DNA from: an uncultured Chloroflexia bacterium | GTDB taxonomy: Bacteria; Chloroflexota; Limnocylindria; Limnocylindrales; CSP1-4 | DNA length: 64,000 bases | Assembly: GCA_963831745.1 (NCBI GenBank) | Contig: CAWHRD010000008.1 | Span: 73,816 to 137,815 of the forward strand | Direction: 5' to 3' | Part shown: positions 19,350-26,971 of the stretch, piece after piece | Layout: every line of letters begins with the position of its first letter | Numbering within the stretch: position 1 is the stretch's first letter | Position numbers and translations under genes: made by a program | Notes under the pieces: generated by a model | Seen by the model: the letters and a program-made list of their open reading frames with translations, nothing else | Databases searched by the model: none | Told to the model about the DNA's origin: nothing

Positions 19350-19397
19350 GGGGATCGGCCCCATAGGGGGATCGGCGCCGTAGGGGGATCGGCCCCG
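19347..19397. repeat. 17-bp tandem repeat x3 that begins with the MFS stop codon
   Basis: TAGGGGGATCGGCCCCA / TAGGGGGATCGGCGCCG / TAGGGGGATCGGCCCCG. Confidence 0.85.
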
Positions 19398-19470
19398 GCG
19401 CTCGCCGGGCGCGCGCGGCTTCCCTCCGGGCGGGCCCGGATCTCCCCTCCGGTCGGAGCCCCGCATCTCC

Positions 19471-19499
19471 TTGACATGGTGCGCCCACGCGCGTAGGCT
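19471..19499 (+). promoter_or_regulatory. candidate housekeeping-sigma promoter of the BMC operon
   Basis: TTGACA (19471-19476), a 17-nt spacer, then TAGGCT (19494-19499). This lies ~30 nt upstream of the regulator start. Confidence 0.45.
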
Positions 19500-19526
19500 G
19501 GCACAAATGAGCAGCTGGCTGCGCAG

Positions 19527-20526
19527 TTGAGCATGTCGACGAGTCCCGCGACCCTCCGCCGCGACGAGGCAGGGTCCGGCGAGACCCGCCTGATGCTCCG
19601 CGCCGCCCAGCTCTACTACCGCCTGAACCTGACCCAGGACGAGGTCGGCAAGCGGCTCGGGGTGAGCCGCTTCAAGGTCGGCCGGCTCCTGGACCGGGCG
19701 CTGCGCGAGGATGCCGTCCGGATCGAGATCGTCCACCCGGCCGCCCGGCTGGTGGCCCTCGAGGACGCCCTCGTCGAGCGCTTCGGGCTCGCCGGCGCGG
19801 TCGTGGTCGACGTGCCGGCCACGGGCTCGCCGGCCGACGACGAGCTCCTCGCGCGCGAGCGGGTCGCCGCCGCGGCCGCCCTCCACCTGGCCACGATCCG
19901 GCCGCAGGGCGCGATCGGCGTCTCCTGGGGGCGCACGATGCTGCAGCTCGCGGCCCACCTGCAGCCCGGCTGGACGTCCGCGACGGAGATCGTGCAGCTC
20001 AACGGGGCGATCTCGCGGTCGGCGCTCCCGACGCGGGCCCAGGAGGTCGTCGAGCGGTTCGGGACCACGACCGGGGCCGCCATCCGGCTGATGGCGGCGC
20101 CCGCGATCGTCGGCTCGCCCGACCTGCGCCGGGCCCTGGAGGACGACGCGGCGGTCGGGGAGACGCTCGCCGCGGCGCGCACCGCACGGACGGCCATCTT
20201 CGGGATGGGCGTCCATGGGCCGGACAGCGTCCACGTCGCGTCGGGCTACCTCGACGAGGCCGAGCTCGGCGGCGCTGTCCGAGGCCGGCGCCGTCGGCGA
20301 CGTCCTGGGTCGGTTCCTGGCCCAGGACGGCCGCATCGCGCTTCCCTCGCTCGACGCCCGGACCGTGGGGCTGCCGCTGGATGACCTGCGGGCGAAGCCG
20401 CTGACCGTCGGGCTCGCCGCGGGCGCGGGACGCGGCCCGATCGCGCTGGCGGCCCTGCGCGCCGGCATCGTCACCGTCCTCGTCGCCGACGAGGCGACCG
20501 CCGCGTGGGTGCTGGCCCATGGCTGA
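19527..20526 (+). pseudogene. SorC/DeoR-type sugar-phosphate-binding transcriptional regulator, +1 frame break near 20268
   Basis: N-terminal HTH RLMLRAAQLYYRLNLTQDEVGKRLGVSRFKVGRLL plus sugar-binding domain in frame 0. The C-terminus ALSEAGAVGDVLGRFLAQDGRI..VLVADEATAAWVL continues in frame +1 (track ORF 20215..20526). Start is TTG 19527 or ATG 19533. Confidence 0.75.
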
Positions 20527-21161
20527 CCCGCGCACGCCATCGGCCGACGAGGTCCGGGCGCTGGTCCGGAGGATCGTCGACGCCACGCTCGACGGCGGCA
20601 CTCCGGGACCGTCCGCACCCCCGACGCCGGCCGCGCCCGCCCCTGCGCCCGCGCCCGCCCCTGCTCCCGCACGTGCCGCGGGATCCATCGCCATCGCGAT
20701 CGGCGCCGACCACGGCGGCTGGCAGCTCAAGGACGTCATCGGCCGGGTCCTGGCCGAGGCCGGCTACGCGGTCACCGACTGCGGCACCAACGGGCCCGAC
20801 GCGGTGGACTACCCCGACATCGCGCACGCGGTGGCGCGCCTGGTCGCCGACGGGAGCCTGCCGCTACGGCATCGTCCTCGACGGCGCCGGGATCGGCTCG
20901 TGCATGGTCGCCAACAAGGTGCCGGGCATCCGCGCTGCCAACTGCCATGATCTCTCGTCGGCCCGCAACAGCCGCGAGCACAACCACGCCAACGTCCTGG
21001 CGCTCGGCGCCCGCTTCCTCGGCGAGGGGCTGGCGATCGAGATCGTGCGGGCCTGGCTCGGGACCGACTGGGCGCCCGGCCGCCACGCCGCCCGCGTGGC
21101 CAAGATCACGGACGTCGAACGCCGCTACACGAACCCAACCGGTGAGGGTCGACCACGATGA
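20519..21161 (+). pseudogene. rpiB: ribose-5-phosphate isomerase B with ~57-aa N-terminal targeting-peptide-like extension; +1 frame break near 20857
   Basis: [35 protein letters not shown] is in one frame. [42 protein letters not shown] continues in the +1 frame (track ORF 20505..21161). The N-terminus is [17 protein letters not shown] followed by a Pro/Ala linker. Confidence 0.75.
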
Positions 21162-21307
21162 GCGAAGCGATCAACCAGCGGAACGACCTCGTCGAGGCGA
21201 TCACCCACGAGGTCCTCGCCGCGCTGGGCCACGGCGGCCAGGCCGGCGGCGCGCCCCGGATCCCTGCGCCGCCTGCGTCCGCGGCTGCGCCGCCCAGTGC
21301 GCGGTGA
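21158..21307 (+). CDS. 49-aa ORF: amphipathic helix plus Pro/Ala linker (targeting-peptide-like, no enzyme domain)
   Basis: ATG 21158 forms an ATGA overlap with the RpiB stop. TGA 21305-21307 forms a GTGA overlap with GTG 21304 of DeoC. Sequence: [49 protein letters not shown]. Too short to appear in the ORF track. Confidence 0.45.
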   Translation: MSEAINQRNDLVEAITHEVLAALGHGGQAGGAPRIPAPPASAAAPPSAR

Positions 21308-22047
21308 AGGTCCGCGACATCGTGGCCGGCGGCGCCTCGCGCGTGGAGTACCACGGCCCGGGCGCGGAGGTGCCGCGCGACCTCGCCCGCTACATCGACC
21401 ACACGCTGCTGCGGCCCGACGCCGCGGCCGCCGACATCGACCGCCTGTGCGACGAGGCCGCCGAGCACGGCTTCGCCGCCGTCTGCGTGAACCCCGCCTG
21501 GGTCCGCCGCGCCGCCGATCGACTCCGCGGGACCGGTGTCGCCGTCGCCTCGGTCGTCGGGTTCCCGTTCGGCGCCACCCCGCCCGACGTCAAGGCCTTC
21601 GAGGCCCGCCGGGTCATCCGCGACGGGGCCCGCGAGGTCGACATGGTGATCAACATCGGGGCCCTCAAGAGCGGGATGCACGACCTCGTCCGCGAGGACA
21701 TCGCCCGCGTCTCGGACGCCTGCCACGAGGGCGGCGCGGCGAACAAGGTGATCATCGAGGCCGCCCTCCTGACCGACGCGGAGAAGGTCGTCGTCTGTCG
21801 TCTTGCCCAGCAGGCCAAGGCCGACATGGTCAAGACCTCGACCGGCTACGCGAAGGGCGGCGCGACGGTCTTCGACGTGGCGCTGATGCGGGAGACGGTC
21901 GGACCGAAGATGGGCGTCAAGGCGGCCGGCGGGATCCGGACGGCGGACGACGTGCAGGACATGATCGCGGCCGGCGCGACCCGCATCGGGGCCTCGGCCG
22001 GGGTCAGCATCGTCAGCGGGGAGAAGGGTGCGCATGGGCAGTACTGA
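21304..22047 (+). CDS. deoC: deoxyribose-phosphate aldolase, paralog 1
   Basis: [80 protein letters not shown] 21304 is taken as the start. It could instead be fused to the upstream 49-aa ORF if an indel is present. Confidence 0.85.
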   Translation: MKVRDIVAGGASRVEYHGPGAEVPRDLARYIDHTLLRPDAAAADIDRLCDEAAEHGFAAVCVNPAWVRRAADRLRGTGVAVASVVGFPFGATPPDVKAFEARRVIRDGAREVDMVINIGALKSGMHDLVREDIARVSDACHEGGAANKVIIEAALLTDAEKVVVCRLAQQAKADMVKTSTGYAKGGATVFDVALMRETVGPKMGVKAAGGIRTADDVQDMIAAGATRIGASAGVSIVSGEKGAHGQY

Positions 22048-22738
22048 GCACATCGCCGAAGTCCCCGCCGACCTCGCCCCCTACATCGACCACACGCTCC
22101 TCGACCCGGCCGCGACCCGGGCCGACATCGACGCCCTGTGCGCCGAGGCGAAGCGCTACGGCTTCGCGGCCGTCTGCGTGAACCCCGCCTGGGTGCGCCG
22201 CGCCTACGAGAACCTCGCCGGGACCAGGGTCGCGGTCGCCTCGGTCATCGGCTTCCCGCTCGGGGCCGCCACGACCGAGGTGAAGGTCCTCGAGACGCGC
22301 CGGGCTCTCCGCGACGGAGCCCGCGAGATCGACATGGTCATCAACGTCGGGCGGCTCAAGAGCGGGATGAACGAGTGGGTCGGCGACGAGATCCGCAAGA
22401 TCGCCGAGGTCTGCCACGAGGCCGGAGCGATCACGAAGGTCATCATCGAGACGTCGCTCCTGACCGACGCCGAGAAGGTGACCGCCTGTCGCCTCGCGAA
22501 GGAGGCCAGGGCCGACATGGTCAAGACGTCGACCGGCTGGGGGACCGGCGGCGCCACCGTCGCCGACGTGGCGCTGATGCGCGCGACGGTCGGCCCGGAG
22601 ATGGGCGTCAAGGCGTCCGGCGGCATCCGCACCGCCCAGGACGTGCAGGACATGATCGCCGCCGGCGCGACCCGCATCGGGGCCTCGGCCGGCGTCAAGA
22701 TCGTCACGGGAGAGAAGGGCGCAGATGGGCAATATTGA
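22034..22738 (+). CDS. deoC: deoxyribose-phosphate aldolase, paralog 2
   Basis: Same motifs as paralog 1 ([38 protein letters not shown]). ATG 22034 lies 5 nt after GAAGGG (the track starts it at GTG 22028). Overlaps paralog 1 by 14 nt. Confidence 0.85.
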   Translation: MGSTEHIAEVPADLAPYIDHTLLDPAATRADIDALCAEAKRYGFAAVCVNPAWVRRAYENLAGTRVAVASVIGFPLGAATTEVKVLETRRALRDGAREIDMVINVGRLKSGMNEWVGDEIRKIAEVCHEAGAITKVIIETSLLTDAEKVTACRLAKEARADMVKTSTGWGTGGATVADVALMRATVGPEMGVKASGGIRTAQDVQDMIAAGATRIGASAGVKIVTGEKGADGQY

Positions 22739-23354
22739 CCTCCGGGCATACGTCTTCCTGGACAGCCTCCAGGCCCAGTACGCGGCGTTCCTCGGCACGG
22801 TTGCCCAGGGCTTCCTGCCCCTCGCCGGCGACGCCTCGCTGTCGATCGAGATCTCGCCCGGCATCGAGATCAACCGCCTCACCGACATCGCCCTCAAGTC
22901 CACGGCGGTCAAGCCCGGGATGCAGATCATCGAGCGCTACTACGGCATGCTCGAGATCCACTCGCCGTCGCAGGCCGAGGTGCGCGCCGCCGGCGCTGCG
23001 ATCCTCGGCGAGATCGGCCTGGCGGAGACCGACCGGATCAAGCCGCGGGTCCTGTCCTCCCAGATCATCCGCCGCATCGACGACCACCAGGCGCAGCTCA
23101 TCAACCGCACGCGCCACGGCCAGATGCTGATCCCGGGTCAGACGCTCTACGTCCTGGAGCTGGAGCCGGCGGCCTACGCTGCCCTGGCCGCCAACGAGGC
23201 GGAGAAGGCGGCCCACATCAACATCCTCGAGGTCCGGTCCTTCGGATCGATGGGCCGCATCTACCTGGGCGGCGAGGAGCGCGACATCGACGTCGGCTGG
23301 CGCGCGGCGCTCGCGGCGATCGAGGGCCTCGAGGGACGGGACGCCAAGGCGTAG
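22725..23354 (+). CDS. BMC shell protein, tandem-domain (BMC-T)
   Basis: [25 protein letters not shown] start, then two BMC-like halves (..[23 protein letters not shown] and ..[34 protein letters not shown]). It resembles the double-domain shell proteins of actinobacterial/myxobacterial BMC loci as I remember them. Confidence 0.8.
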   Translation: MGNIDLRAYVFLDSLQAQYAAFLGTVAQGFLPLAGDASLSIEISPGIEINRLTDIALKSTAVKPGMQIIERYYGMLEIHSPSQAEVRAAGAAILGEIGLAETDRIKPRVLSSQIIRRIDDHQAQLINRTRHGQMLIPGQTLYVLELEPAAYAALAANEAEKAAHINILEVRSFGSMGRIYLGGEERDIDVGWRAALAAIEGLEGRDAKA

Positions 23355-23478
23355 GGCCCACGGGGCCGCCGACGCGCCGGCCGGGGGCCGGAACGCACGG
23401 ACCGCCGCCGGTTCGTCAGTACGCACGAACGGATACACAGGCGAACAGAAGAGCAAGGTCGAGAAGGAGAACGGATCG

Positions 23479-23787
23479 ATGGCAGAAGCGCTCGGGATGA
23501 TCGAGGCCCGCGGGTTCGCGGCGGTGGTCGAGGCCGCCGACGCGATGGTGAAGGCGGCGAAGGTCGAGCTCGTGAGCTACGAGAAGACCGGCGGCGGGTA
23601 CGTGACCGCGGTGGTCCGCGGCGACGTCGCCGCGGTCAAGGCCGCGGTCGAGGCCGGCGTGCGCAACGCCGGCAAGGTCGGCGAGGTCGTCGCCAGCCAC
23701 GTCATCGCCCGGCCGCACGTCAACGTCGACCTCGTGCTGCCGCTCGGCCGCCTCGACGAGGCGAAGGCCGAGTCCGGCCAGGGCTAG
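23479..23787 (+). CDS. BMC shell protein, hexamer type (BMC-H, PduA/EutM-like)
   Basis: Canonical [57 protein letters not shown]. Strong RBS GAGAAGGAGA. Confidence 0.95.
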   Translation: MAEALGMIEARGFAAVVEAADAMVKAAKVELVSYEKTGGGYVTAVVRGDVAAVKAAVEAGVRNAGKVGEVVASHVIARPHVNVDLVLPLGRLDEAKAESGQG

Positions 23788-23798
23788 GACGCGGGATC

Positions 23799-23827
23799 GG
23801 GCGCGCCGGCCGCCGGCCGGCGCGCCC
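23799..23827 (+). terminator. very strong intra-operon stem-loop directly after the BMC-H gene
   Basis: GGGCGCGCCGGCC-GCC-GGCCGGCGCGCCC, a perfect 13-bp GC stem with a 3-nt loop. It starts 12 nt after the BMC-H stop. No U-tract follows. Confidence 0.5.
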
Positions 23828-23851
23828 TCCCTGCCAGCAGGCGGTGATCAG

Positions 23852-24139
23852 ATGCTGCTTGGACGAGTGACCGGGACCGTGGTCGCGAGCCGCAAAGAGC
23901 CGCTCATGGAGGGCTGGAAGCTCCTCGTGGTGCGCCAGCTCGACGCGGAGAACCACGTGGCCGGCGGATACGTCGTGGCCGCGGACGCGGTCGGCGCGGG
24001 CGTCGGGGAGGTCGTGCTGTACGCGACCGGCAGCTCGGCGCGGAACACCGAGGCGACGAAGGACCGTCCCTGCGACGCGGTGATCGTGGCGATCGTCGAC
24101 ACGTGGGAGATCGGCGGGACGGAGGTCTACCGCAAGTAG
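23852..24139 (+). CDS. BMC vertex protein (BMC-P, EutN/CcmL family), paralog 1
   Basis: [56 protein letters not shown]. Confidence 0.9.
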   Translation: MLLGRVTGTVVASRKEPLMEGWKLLVVRQLDAENHVAGGYVVAADAVGAGVGEVVLYATGSSARNTEATKDRPCDAVIVAIVDTWEIGGTEVYRK

Positions 24140-24174
24140 CCGGCCGCTCGTCGACGGCGGGCAGGCGGAGGACG

Positions 24175-25629
24175 ATGGACGAGCGCGAGATCCAGGAGAT
24201 CATCGAGCGGGTGCGGCGCCGCGTGTCGGCAGCGGGCGACCCCCGCCCGGGCGCCACGCTGCGCGCCGAGGCGGAGCTGTCGGCGGCCGCCGCGAGCGAG
24301 CTGGGCGACGGCATCCACGCCACGATCGACGAGGCGGTGGCCGCGGCGACGCGCGCCTTCGTCGCGTTCCAGGCGCAGGGCCTGGCCGGCCGGAAGGTCA
24401 TCATCGACGCGGTGCGCCGCTCGATGCTCGACCACGCCGAGCAGCTGGCCCGGATGGCCCACCAGGAGACCCATCTCGGGCGCGTCGATGACAAGGTCGT
24501 CAAGAACCGCCTCGTCGCCTCCCGGGCGCCGGGGCCGGAGGACCTCGAGGTCCAGGCGGTCACCGGCGACGCCGGGATGATGGTCACCGAGTTCGCCCCG
24601 TTCGGCATCGTCGCGGCGATCACCCCGGTGACGAACCCGACGTCGACGATCATCAACAACACGATCAGCATCGTGTCGGCGGGGAACGCGGTCGTCTTCA
24701 ACGCCCACCCCAGCGCGCGGCGCTGCTCGGCCGAGACGGTCCGCCTCATCAACCGGGCGATCGTCGGGGCCGGTGGGCCGCCCGACCTCGTGACGGCCGT
24801 CGCGACGCCGACGATCGACACCGCGCGGGCCCTCATGGGCCATCCCGGCGTCCGGGTGCTGCTCGTGACCGGCGGGCCGGCCGTCGTGCGCGAGGCGCTC
24901 AAGTCGGACAAGCGGGCGATCACCGCCGGCCCCGGCAACCCGCCGGCGGTCGTCGACCAGACCGCCGACGTGGAACGCGCCGCCCGCGACATCGTGCGCG
25001 GAGCGTCCTTCGACAACAACATCGTGTGCATCGACGAGAAGGTCGTCCTGGTCGTCGACTCGGTCGCCGACCGCCTGGTCCGGGCGATGACCCAGAACGG
25101 CGCCTACCTGCTCAAGGAGCACGAGCTGCGCCGCCTCGAGCGCGTCATCTTCAAGGAGCTGGGTCAGCCGGGCAAGCCGGGCGTCATGAACCCGGCCTGG
25201 ATCGGCAAGGACGCCGTGAAGATCCTGGCCGAGATCGGCGTGCAGGCGGAGCCGGCTCCGCGCCTGCTGATCGCCGACGTCCCGCGCGACCACAGCTTGG
25301 CCTGGACCGAGCAGATGATGCCGGTCCTCCCGGTCGTGCGCGTCGGCACGGTGGACCAGGCGATCGACCTCGCGGTGCGCATGGAGCACGGCTTCCGCCA
25401 CACCGCCTCGATCCACTCCACGAACGTCGAGACGATCACGAAGATGGCCCGGGCGATGAACTGCAGCATCTTCGTCACGAACGGCCCCAACGTTGCGGGC
25501 CTGGGCGAGGGCGGCGAGGGCTTCACCTCGTTCTCCATCGCCAGCCCGTCCGGGGACGGCCTCACGCGGCCGCGGACGTTCTCGCGCGAGCGGCGCATCA
25601 CCGTCGTCGGCGCGCTGCGGATCGTCTGA
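24175..25629 (+). CDS. CoA-acylating aldehyde dehydrogenase (PduP/EutE-like) with N-terminal targeting helix
   Basis: ATG 24175 after GGCGGAGGA. N-terminus MDEREIQEIIERVRRRV then a linker. Aldehyde dehydrogenase core with FDNNIVCIDEKVVLV (catalytic Cys context typical of PduP/EutE). Confidence 0.9.
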   Translation: MDEREIQEIIERVRRRVSAAGDPRPGATLRAEAELSAAAASELGDGIHATIDEAVAAATRAFVAFQAQGLAGRKVIIDAVRRSMLDHAEQLARMAHQETHLGRVDDKVVKNRLVASRAPGPEDLEVQAVTGDAGMMVTEFAPFGIVAAITPVTNPTSTIINNTISIVSAGNAVVFNAHPSARRCSAETVRLINRAIVGAGGPPDLVTAVATPTIDTARALMGHPGVRVLLVTGGPAVVREALKSDKRAITAGPGNPPAVVDQTADVERAARDIVRGASFDNNIVCIDEKVVLVVDSVADRLVRAMTQNGAYLLKEHELRRLERVIFKELGQPGKPGVMNPAWIGKDAVKILAEIGVQAEPAPRLLIADVPRDHSLAWTEQMMPVLPVVRVGTVDQAIDLAVRMEHGFRHTASIHSTNVETITKMARAMNCSIFVTNGPNVAGLGEGGEGFTSFSIASPSGDGLTRPRTFSRERRITVVGALRIV

Positions 25630-25631
25630 CG

Positions 25632-26300
25632 ATGACCCCTCGGCCGGTGTCGGACGCTCGCCCGCCGATCGAGCCGGCCCTCGCGCTCCTCGAGCTCGAC
25701 TCGATCGCGGCCGGCATCGAGGCGGGCGACGCGATGGCGAAGCGCGCCCCGATCGACGTCCTCCGGGCCGGCACGGTCCACCCCGGCAAGTACCTGGTCC
25801 TCGTCGGCGGTGCCGTGGCGGACGTGGAGGAGGCCCTGGAGGCGGGCCGCGACGTGGCGGCGTCCTCGGTCCTCGACGTCGTCTTCCTGCCCAACGTCCA
25901 CCCGGCCGTCGTGGCGGCCATGCGCGGCATCCGCCGCGAGGCCGCCGGCGAGGCCCTCGGCATCATCGAGACCGCCACCGTCGCCGCGATCATCGAGGCG
26001 GCCGACGCAGGGCTCAAGGGTGCCCGGGTGGTCCTTCTGGAGCTGCGTCTCGCCGACGACCTCGGCGGCAAGGGCTACCTGCTCTTCGACGGGCCGGTCG
26101 CCGAGGTGGAGGCCGCGGTCGAGCTCGGGAGCGCGCGGATCGCCGGGTCGCCCGGTCTGGTCCGGCGGGTCATCCCGCAGCTCCACGCGGAGATGGCGGA
26201 GAACCTGGCCGCCGACGCGCGGTTCGCGGCGCGCATGCGCGAAGCCAGCGGGCCGGCGGGGTCGATCCCGCGGCCGCACCCCGCGAAGCCGGCGAGGTAG
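25632..26300 (+). CDS. BMC shell protein, tandem-domain (BMC-T), second type
   Basis: Two BMC domains: ALALLELDSIAAGIEAGDAMAKRAPIDVL..GKYLVLVGG and ALGIIETATVAAIIEAADAGLKGARVVLLELRL..GKGYLLFDG. Confidence 0.85.
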   Translation: MTPRPVSDARPPIEPALALLELDSIAAGIEAGDAMAKRAPIDVLRAGTVHPGKYLVLVGGAVADVEEALEAGRDVAASSVLDVVFLPNVHPAVVAAMRGIRREAAGEALGIIETATVAAIIEAADAGLKGARVVLLELRLADDLGGKGYLLFDGPVAEVEAAVELGSARIAGSPGLVRRVIPQLHAEMAENLAADARFAARMREASGPAGSIPRPHPAKPAR

Positions 26301-26303
26301 GCG

Positions 26304-26693
26304 ATGCAGCTCGCACGTGTCACCGGCACCGTCGTCGCCACGGTCAAGGTCCCGGGCCTGACCGGGATCAAGCTCCTCCTGGTCCAGCCGCTGGACCGCC
26401 AGCTGCTCCCCGTTGGCGGTCAGGTCGTCGCGGCCGATGCCGTCCACATGGCCGGACCGGGCGAGCTGGTGTACATCGTCGCCGCGCGCGAGGCGGCCCA
26501 GGCGATGCCCGATCCGTTCGTCCCGATTGACCATGCGATCGTCGGGATCGTGGACGCGGTTCGGTCACTGGCGGGTGACGATCCCGCTGCGTCCACCCCG
26601 GCCGAGCCGGTCGCCCCGGCCGTGCCTGACGCCCCCGGCGCCCCCGCCGCGCCTCCCGCCTCGAGGAGCCGCTCCCGGAAGGCGACGCCGTGA
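26304..26693 (+). CDS. BMC vertex protein (BMC-P), paralog 2, with Pro/Ala-rich basic C-terminal tail
   Basis: [55 protein letters not shown], then a ~40-aa tail ..PAEPVAPAVPDAPGAPAAPPASRSRSRKATP. Confidence 0.85.
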   Translation: MQLARVTGTVVATVKVPGLTGIKLLLVQPLDRQLLPVGGQVVAADAVHMAGPGELVYIVAAREAAQAMPDPFVPIDHAIVGIVDAVRSLAGDDPAASTPAEPVAPAVPDAPGAPAAPPASRSRSRKATP

Positions 26694-26971
26694 AGCTCGC
26701 CCGGGTCGTCGGGACCGTCGTCTCGACGATCGACCACCCCGCCTTCGACGGCCGGACCCTGCTGCTCTGCGACCTCCTCGACGCGGCCGGGCGCCCGGCC
26801 GGCGGCTACATGATCGCCGTCGATTCCGTCGGCGCGGGCGCCGGCGAGACAGTCCTCCTCCTCGACGAAGGCAACTCCGCGCGCCAGGTCCTCGCGGCGC
26901 CGGGCGCGCCGATCCGGACCGTCGTCGTCGGCATCGTCGACGAGGTGACCGCGGATGCCGATCACGCCTGA
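26690..26971 (+). CDS. BMC vertex protein (BMC-P), paralog 3
   Basis: GTG 26690 forms a GTGA overlap with the previous gene's stop. MKLARVVGTVVSTID..LLLCDLLD..MIAVDSVGAGAGETVLLLDEGNSAR..VVVGIVD. Confidence 0.9.
   Translation: MKLARVVGTVVSTIDHPAFDGRTLLLCDLLDAAGRPAGGYMIAVDSVGAGAGETVLLLDEGNSARQVLAAPGAPIRTVVVGIVDEVTADADHA

Noticed and set aside
17198-19397. Tandem-repeat arrays considered as CRISPR
   Set aside because: Units are contiguous with no unique spacers, are only 15-21 bp long, and no cas genes are present in the window.
17703-20672. 989-aa minus-strand ORF spanning merR, the MFS gene and the SorC regulator
   Set aside because: It is antisense to three genes with clear family motifs. 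Its product is Arg/Pro/Gly/Asp-rich low-complexity sequence with no motifs, the typical stop-codon-poor antisense frame of high-GC DNA.
16129-20860. Programmed +1 ribosomal frameshifting as the explanation for the three frame breaks
   Set aside because: There is no shared slippery sequence, rare-codon/stop context or downstream structure at the three sites. Indel error or mutation is the simpler explanation.
21250-21303. Cys-rich string [15 protein letters not shown] (CX2CX3CX3C) upstream of DeoC read as an Fe-S or metal-binding extension
   Set aside because: It lies upstream of the GTGA-coupled GTG 21304 and has no canonical in-frame start after the RpiB stop. The same DNA read in the sORF frame gives a typical Pro/Ala linker. 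The Cys pattern is most likely a frame artefact of GCC/TGC-rich sequence. It would need revisiting if read data change the frame.
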